Source: Escherichia phage EC150
Reading direction: 5' to 3' (one strand)
Length of the DNA: 64,000 nucleotides
Sequence record: ON210137.1
Shown: positions 59,193 through 64,000 of the stretch, in pieces
Layout of the letters: each line of letters begins with the position of its first letter
How positions within the stretch are numbered: the stretch's first letter is position 1
Translations under genes and position numbers: made by a program
Notes under the pieces: generated by a model
Seen by the model: only the letters and a program-made list of their open reading frames with translations
Told to the model about the DNA's origin: nothing
The model's database searches: none

Positions 59193-60038
59193 TTATTCCG
59201 CTTGATCACCGTCTTCGGCATCTTCGTTGGATTCAACATCGACAAACTCGATGTGACCCATCTCTTCCAGCTTGCTCAGGTAGGAGCGAACTGAAGCGCC
59301 AAACAGTTGATCTTTAACTTTTTCGCCCAGCTCATCGATAGACTGTGCCACGCCAACTTCGCCTTCTTTGATCGCCGCCAGAACGCGTCCACGGGTGGAA
59401 TGCTCTTGCGGCTGACTCAGGCCATTGCCAGTGTAGATGAAGTGAGTAGCTTTTGCACGACGCTGACCATTGGCCTTTTTGGCAGCCTTACGTTCTGCGA
59501 TGGCTTTGCGACGTTCTTCAGCTTCTTGCTTACGCTGTTCTTTCTGCTGTTCTGCAGCTTCTTTCGCCGCAATCTTAGCAGCTTCACGCTCTGCCTTGCG
59601 TTTCGCTTTGGCTTCTTCTTTGGCCTTCTCTTTTTCGGCCTTCGCTGCAGCACGGGCTTGATCACGCTCTGCTTTCTTAGCAGCAGCTTGTTCAGCTTTC
59701 AGGCGCTTGGCTTCTTCTTTAGCCTTTGCCTTTTCGATTTCTTTCGCTGCTTTAGCGGCTTCACGCTCTGCTTTCTTAGCAGCAGCCTTTTCTGCACGCT
59801 CTTTGGCCTTCTTGGCTGCTTCTTCAGCACGCTTCTGAGCCTTCTCATCAGCAGCCTGCTTGCGTTTCAGGGCAGCTTCTTCACGCTTGGCTTGTTTTTC
59901 CTGCTCACGCTTCTGGCGTTTTTCTTCGGCTTCTTTCTTTTTAGCCAGACGTTTTTCTTCAGCCACGCGACGACGTTCTGCTGCAGCTGCTTGTTTTTCT
60001 TCTTTAGATAATACTTTGATTGCTTCGGCCATGTTCAC
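59193..60038 (-). CDS. K/A/E-rich low-complexity protein with C-terminal winged-helix-like domain
   Basis: 281 aa. About 190 aa are almost pure Lys/Ala/Glu/Arg/Gln (AEEKRLAKKKEAEEKRQKRE...). The C-terminal ~85 aa are globular (..RGRVLAAIKEGEVGVAQSIDELGEKV...VRSYLSKLEEMGHIEF) with an acidic tail. Confidence 0.7.
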   Translation of the reverse strand: MNMAEAIKVLSKEEKQAAAAERRRVAEEKRLAKKKEAEEKRQKREQEKQAKREEAALKRKQAADEKAQKRAEEAAKKAKERAEKAAAKKAEREAAKAAKEIEKAKAKEEAKRLKAEQAAAKKAERDQARAAAKAEKEKAKEEAKAKRKAEREAAKIAAKEAAEQQKEQRKQEAEERRKAIAERKAAKKANGQRRAKATHFIYTGNGLSQPQEHSTRGRVLAAIKEGEVGVAQSIDELGEKVKDQLFGASVRSYLSKLEEMGHIEFVDVESNEDAEDGDQAE

Positions 60039-60191
60039 AGTCCTTAAATAAATTAGTTTATTTTATATTCCCCGTTTGGGATAACTTAATTATGCCTTCA
60101 GTCGCCGCCAGTAGCAACTAAAAACTCTGGCAGCAATGCCACTTTAATTAAACTGATTTTCAGTTTTATTTTTCGTAAATTTACGTCAACA

Positions 60192-61376
60192 TTAACGCGC
60201 TTTCAAATCACGGTACACGGTCAGATTCTTTTTAGCGCGGGTAATAGCGGTGTACATCATCTTTGCATACGGAACGCCGCGCAGGATTTCTTCCAACACG
60301 CACACATTGTCCCACTCGCTGCCTTGCGATTTGTGCACCGTTATGACATAGCCATAGTCCATGCCTCCAACGGCTCGTTGGGCCTCTTTGCGCACTTCCT
60401 GATCAGTAGAGAAGGAAAGAGGATTTATCTTCACCTTTATATCTTTGCCATCGGTAAGCGAGCGCAAGTTGACATACATGATTTCATTAGACTCGTCTTC
60501 ATCCCTTTCAAAGTCCGGCACTGGCTCATAACTAATAACAATCCCTTGCTCGCCATTACAGAATCCTGGACCGTGTTGGTTGAATGTGCAAATAACTTTC
60601 TCTCCGATTCCTGGCATCGGCGTTATACGTCCGCTCACTTGCCGCAATAATGAATTCCATTTATCTTTGGTGCTATTATATGAGCAAATAATTTGATCAT
60701 CTTCGCCCATGAATTTCTTCAACGCAGTAACGCGCGGCGATTCAGCCAACACCTTGACATCATCGTATTCACGCGGAGGAAGTCGGTTGCCCTGTCGCAC
60801 GAAGAAGGAAGCGCGGATGATGTTGGACTCTTTCCCTTGCCGCATGATTTCGGTTAACAGTACGTCAACGGCATCTTCAGTAAAGTAGGCGGCGGCTTTT
60901 ACCGGAGGGACTTGTCCAATGTCGCCTAATGCCAGAACAGGGATGCGGTGATCAAGAAGGCGCTCTGCGTCCCACTCGCCAACCATTGAAGCTTCATCAA
61001 GGACGACAAGATGCGGCCTTTCATCAAGCGTTGACTTCCTTGCAAAGATTGGTTCATTGTCATCGTTAACGCCGCGCACGTTATAGATGAACTGGTGAAG
61101 GGTCTTAGCGCCACGACACCCTTTCTGCTTCAATCGGCTGGCGGCCTTTCCGGTCGGCGCAATATAAATGGCACCGTACTCACCGACACAACGGCGCACA
61201 ATCTCACGCGCAATAGAGGTTTTACCTGTTCCTGCATAGCCAGCGATGAAAAACACGCGCTTCGTTGTTTTGCCGTCCTGCAATCGCTTGTACCATGCAA
61301 CGGCCTTTTCGATGGCGTCAATCTGTTGCGCGTTAAACTGAATCACTGGCTCATCATTAAATTCTGGAATGTTCAT
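60192..61376 (-). CDS. RecD/Dda-like SF1 DNA helicase
   Basis: 394 aa. Walker A GYAGTGKTS, Walker B VVLDEASMV, C-terminal ..ITVHKSQGSEWDNVCVL.. and ..YTAITRAK... Confidence 0.85.
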   Translation of the reverse strand: MNIPEFNDEPVIQFNAQQIDAIEKAVAWYKRLQDGKTTKRVFFIAGYAGTGKTSIAREIVRRCVGEYGAIYIAPTGKAASRLKQKGCRGAKTLHQFIYNVRGVNDDNEPIFARKSTLDERPHLVVLDEASMVGEWDAERLLDHRIPVLALGDIGQVPPVKAAAYFTEDAVDVLLTEIMRQGKESNIIRASFFVRQGNRLPPREYDDVKVLAESPRVTALKKFMGEDDQIICSYNSTKDKWNSLLRQVSGRITPMPGIGEKVICTFNQHGPGFCNGEQGIVISYEPVPDFERDEDESNEIMYVNLRSLTDGKDIKVKINPLSFSTDQEVRKEAQRAVGGMDYGYVITVHKSQGSEWDNVCVLEEILRGVPYAKMMYTAITRAKKNLTVYRDLKAR

Positions 61377-61702
61377 TATAACTCCACTACGCTTTCAAGG
61401 TCCAGATATACTGGAATAAAATGGCAATCTTCTTTTCGTTCAAACATCTCACCGTCAACATGACTGAAGAAAACAGTTGTGTTTGGTATCTTCCACCCTT
61501 GCTCGCCGCGCACTAGGTATGCCATGGATTCAACAGGGATGTAAAGCGATACCGGATTTGCGGCAAAGATGAATTTGATTCTGTCTGGTTGACCAAGGAA
61601 TCGCATAATTGTAAGACTTGAATTCAGTCTTGTATTAAGGAAGGACTCAACGATGCCGACGTGTGTTGCACGTTCGCGTTGCTTCGTATCTTTTTCGTTC
61701 AT
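61376..61702 (-). CDS. hypothetical protein
   Basis: 108-aa ORF whose stop overlaps the helicase start. Confidence 0.5.
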   Translation of the reverse strand: MNEKDTKQRERATHVGIVESFLNTRLNSSLTIMRFLGQPDRIKFIFAANPVSLYIPVESMAYLVRGEQGWKIPNTTVFFSHVDGEMFERKEDCHFIPVYLDLESVVEL

Positions 61703-61740
61703 TTCAGGCGACCTTTGTTAGTGCGGAAATATTTTCTGAT

Positions 61741-61769
61741 AGTATAATTGCAGATATAGTATAAAGCAA
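61741..61769 (-). promoter_or_regulatory. sigma70-like promoter (leftward replication operon)
   Basis: Minus strand: TTGCTT (61769-61764), 17-nt spacer, TATACT (61746-61741). Confidence 0.45.
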
Positions 61770-61805
61770 AGTAAATCGAAATTGTGAACTAAATGGTAAA
61801 TATTG

Positions 61806-61833
61806 TTGACTTTGTATCACTCAATATTATACT
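61806..61833 (+). promoter_or_regulatory. sigma70-like promoter (rightward)
   Basis: TTGACT (61806-61811), 16-nt spacer, TATACT (61828-61833). Confidence 0.5.
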
Positions 61834-61862
61834 GCAGGTATTGATCACCGAAGGAAAGAAAG

Positions 61863-62945
61863 ATGGCTAGTTTAAGAGAAGAAGCAAAAATAATCGAAGA
61901 GTTTTTGACAGAACTCCAAAGAGGCATTCCAGAAGATGAACGCGTCATGACCGTGTTTGCGCCTGAAGCAACGGTGCAGACCGACGAGCGCGGCAAAAAG
62001 ATTAACAGCAGCTTCTGGCCTAAGCCTTGGAAGCTTGGCAAGCCGCTGATGCAACATCAGAACGGTTACGCCTGCATAAGTTCAATGCGTAAGTCTCCCA
62101 ACCCAAAGACAGGCGAGATGCGATACTGGCGCACGGAATCGGCTTTCGGTCATGGCATGGCGATGATGGTCGACGACATCGGTCACGGTAAAGGGTCCAA
62201 AGGCGATTTAGATTTAGAGTTCTTTTTCGAGCGTCTGAAGCCAACCGTCATTGTTGAGACTTCACCGAACAACCACCAGCTGTGGTATTTCTTTAAAGAC
62301 CCGATTGACCATCTTATCCAGTTCAAAGCATTCCTTGGGTCTTTCGTAAACATGGTACTCAAGAAGGGCGGCGACAACACGATTAAAGACGTGACGCGCG
62401 TGGGCCGTGTTCCTGGTTGCATCAACAACAAGCGTGTGACTCACGACGGCCCTTACAAATATGTCGATGAGAACGGCGACCCGTTCCGCTGCCGACTTGT
62501 CCATGCAGACTATTCTTTGCGATACACAATCGAAGAGATTTGCCAAGCCTTCGGTTTCCACGTCGTTATGCCGCAAAAGCGTGAAATTCAAATTGACGTT
62601 GACGAATACAAATATGATGCTGTTTGGTATAAAATAGCCCAGCAAATCCTTTCGCGCAATAAGATGGGTGAAGGGTCCGATGGCGATGTTGTTGAAAACA
62701 TGTCAGGTAAATGCCGCATCATCTGCCCTTGGGGTGAAGAGCACACCAACGGCGACCCATATGGCGCTTACTTTCGCGGCCCAATCCCTGGCGCTGAACA
62801 TGAATTCGTTTTCGGTTGCGCTCACGACTGTCACCGGAAAGGTGAAGGTAAGAAAGGCTGGACAGCTTTTGTTGAAGCAGTAGTCATGCCTTATATTGAG
62901 AATCAACTTGATATGATAAATCGTCGCGCAGGTGGCATAAAATAG
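61863..62945 (+). CDS. primase-polymerase (AEP/RepB'-like) with C-terminal Cys/His cluster
   Basis: 360 aa. ..MAMMVDDIG.. (DxD), ..ETSPNNHQLWYFF.. (SxH), ..RVGRVPGCINNK... C-terminal CRIICPWGEEHTNGD....GCAHDCH looks like a zinc motif. Confidence 0.75.
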   Translation: MASLREEAKIIEEFLTELQRGIPEDERVMTVFAPEATVQTDERGKKINSSFWPKPWKLGKPLMQHQNGYACISSMRKSPNPKTGEMRYWRTESAFGHGMAMMVDDIGHGKGSKGDLDLEFFFERLKPTVIVETSPNNHQLWYFFKDPIDHLIQFKAFLGSFVNMVLKKGGDNTIKDVTRVGRVPGCINNKRVTHDGPYKYVDENGDPFRCRLVHADYSLRYTIEEICQAFGFHVVMPQKREIQIDVDEYKYDAVWYKIAQQILSRNKMGEGSDGDVVENMSGKCRIICPWGEEHTNGDPYGAYFRGPIPGAEHEFVFGCAHDCHRKGEGKKGWTAFVEAVVMPYIENQLDMINRRAGGIK

Positions 62946-62946
62946 T

Positions 62947-62974
62947 TTGCTTTTATTTTTCTAGCAACTATAAT
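62947..62974 (+). promoter_or_regulatory. sigma70-like promoter
   Basis: TTGCTT (62947-62952), 16-nt spacer, TATAAT (62969-62974). Confidence 0.45.
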
Positions 62975-63003
62975 CATTTTATGAACTGAAGCAGAGGTGA
63001 TTT

Positions 63004-63150
63004 ATGAAAAGCGAAGAATTGAATATCGAGCTTGAAGGTCTGTTAAAGTCGTTAGAACCTAAGCCCGTAGAGCTTCCCACCCTTGAAGGTGTCATGGCTC
63101 ACCACCAATCGGCTGCGGCCAAACACTACTATGAATTTATTAAGGAATAA
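63004..63150 (+). CDS. possible 48-aa protein
   Basis: MKSEELNIELEGLLKSLEPKPVELPTLEGVMAHHQSAAAKHYYEFIKE. AGAGGTGA RBS. Below the ORF-track cut-off. Confidence 0.4.
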   Translation: MKSEELNIELEGLLKSLEPKPVELPTLEGVMAHHQSAAAKHYYEFIKE

Positions 63151-63152
63151 AA

Positions 63153-63443
63153 ATGAACGAACCAAAAATGATGACTGTTGAAGAAGCGCAAAAGCTTCGT
63201 GTTGAAAACGAGCTTAAGCTTGTCAACCAGATTCTTCCCTTGTTTGCAGGCTACGCAGTTGAGGAAGTTGTTGGTGCAATCCTTAACGTATCCACGCACG
63301 TAGCGATGAATCTTCAGGCCGAGCGATTCAACACGCTGCTGACTATTAAAAATCTTACGGTCAGTGCAACGTTCACCGTTGAGCCAGTCAATTTTGACGA
63401 AGCTTCAGCCGCGATTCAACAGCAAAGAGATCAAGAGGTGTAG
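63153..63443 (+). CDS. hypothetical protein
   Basis: 96-aa ORF starting 2 nt after the upstream stop. Confidence 0.55.
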   Translation: MNEPKMMTVEEAQKLRVENELKLVNQILPLFAGYAVEEVVGAILNVSTHVAMNLQAERFNTLLTIKNLTVSATFTVEPVNFDEASAAIQQQRDQEV

Positions 63444-63444
63444 C

Positions 63445-63708
63445 ATGGGCGCTTTCCGTAACGAGTTCATCTGGAACGTTACTAGCAATCTCTCGACTTG
63501 TCCTAACTGTGCGAGCGATGTGATCAAGGTGCGGCAGCATCGCAACGCAGAGGAAGGTGCCTGGGAGGACGGCGACCTTGTAGAGTGCCAGTGCTGCTCT
63601 CACGAAGGCGTGGTGGAGCTTTACGCAGGAGAAGGTTGTCCACCAGCAGAACGTTCAGCACGCGTTGAATGGGATGCGACAGACTCCATCGGTGATCCTC
63701 AACAGTAA
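63445..63708 (+). CDS. hypothetical zinc-ribbon-like protein
   Basis: In-frame ATG 63445 (MGAFRNEF...). Paired CPNC ... CQCC motifs. Confidence 0.5.
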   Translation: MGAFRNEFIWNVTSNLSTCPNCASDVIKVRQHRNAEEGAWEDGDLVECQCCSHEGVVELYAGEGCPPAERSARVEWDATDSIGDPQQ

Positions 63709-63726
63709 ATTTAGGTATAGATACAT

Positions 63727-63831
63727 ATGAAAGCCGTAAAGAAATACACATTAATCATTTCCCTTGTTATCATCCTGGGGCTATTATATGTATTGGATAT
63801 GGCATATTATTTGGCAGGGGTGAGTAAGTGA
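63727..63831 (+). CDS. possible 34-aa membrane peptide
   Basis: MKAVKKYTLIISLVIILGLLYVLDMAYYLAGVSK. Below the ORF-track cut-off. Confidence 0.35.
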   Translation: MKAVKKYTLIISLVIILGLLYVLDMAYYLAGVSK

Positions 63832-64000
63832 ATATTGTAATTCTTTATGGTGAGAATATCAGCGATGACGACATCGAAGTTGCCGTTGATGTTTACGGTA
63901 TCGATGAGGTGAAACGTGTTGAAGAAATTAATGGCGCAAATCTTAACGAGATTGTCAAAGAAGCTGGTTGCCCTTCGGAAGAGATTCTGGTGGTTACTAA
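63828..64000 (+). CDS. hypothetical protein (partial; runs off the window)
   Basis: GTG 63828 overlaps the upstream TGA. Reads (M)NIVILYGENISDDDIEVAVDVYGIDEV... with no stop before the window end. Confidence 0.4.
   Translation, partial: MNIVILYGENISDDDIEVAVDVYGIDEVKRVEEINGANLNEIVKEAGCPSEEILVVT

Noticed and set aside
59307-60011. 234-aa plus-strand ORF (Phe/Leu/Ser/Cys-rich) and several 60-80-aa ORFs overlapping 59193..60038
   Set aside because: They are mirror frames of the K/A/E low-complexity gene. GCn/GAA/AAG repeats are stop-free on the antisense strand. There are no start signals.
1-64000. tRNA genes, integrase/repressor (lysogeny) module, phage RNA polymerase
   Set aside because: I found no cloverleaf-compatible sequence with a GTTCGAATC-type T-arm in the intergenic regions. 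No ORF carries tyrosine/serine recombinase, CI/Cro-like or RNAP motifs. Absence is by eye only and should be confirmed with tRNAscan-SE and HMM searches.

Overview
The window reads as about 64 kb of a tailed dsDNA phage genome with a contractile tail (myovirus type). The host is probably Gram-negative: there is an embedded Rz/Rz1-type spanin pair and many near-consensus sigma70 promoters of the form TTGCxT-N16/17-TATAAT. Layout: (1) 39-5962, a rightward train of small early genes. (2) 5963-6798, a long non-coding region with G/T-rich repeats, opposed GGATGATACG arrays around an AT-rich core, and a promoter. (3) 6799-10300, an accessory and regulatory island holding a TerS-like gene, an array of ATTTGCACTAT motifs, a CpG-rich divergent cassette of small paralogous genes with triplicated promoters, and 640 bp of repeat-rich non-coding DNA. 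(4) 10315-15388, a leftward module that includes a tail fibre with an S74-type chaperone domain. (5) 15567-44124, a rightward block with packaging, head, tail, baseplate, fibre and endolysin genes. (6) 44150-61702, a leftward replication and nucleotide-metabolism module: ligase, MazG-like protein, spanins, SSB-like protein, SNF2 helicase, VRR-NUC nuclease, DnaE-type polymerase, DnaQ-type exonuclease, a VOC/SDR/HAD/ThyX/flavoprotein island, a K/A/E-rich protein and a RecD-like helicase. (7) 61863-64000, a rightward primase-polymerase followed by small genes. I recognised no tRNA, rRNA, CRISPR array, integrase or repressor. All functional calls rest on motifs read by eye in the supplied translations. 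Family names (DUFxxxx and similar) are recalled resemblances and need HMM confirmation. The items most worth follow-up are the two homologous iteron/AT-rich modules (about 6.2-6.7 kb and 22.2-22.5 kb), the one-orientation ATTTGCACTAT array, the triplicated promoter/leader cassette with paralogous small proteins, a candidate 60-nt sRNA between divergent promoters at about 15.5 kb, and the ThyX-centred enzyme island.
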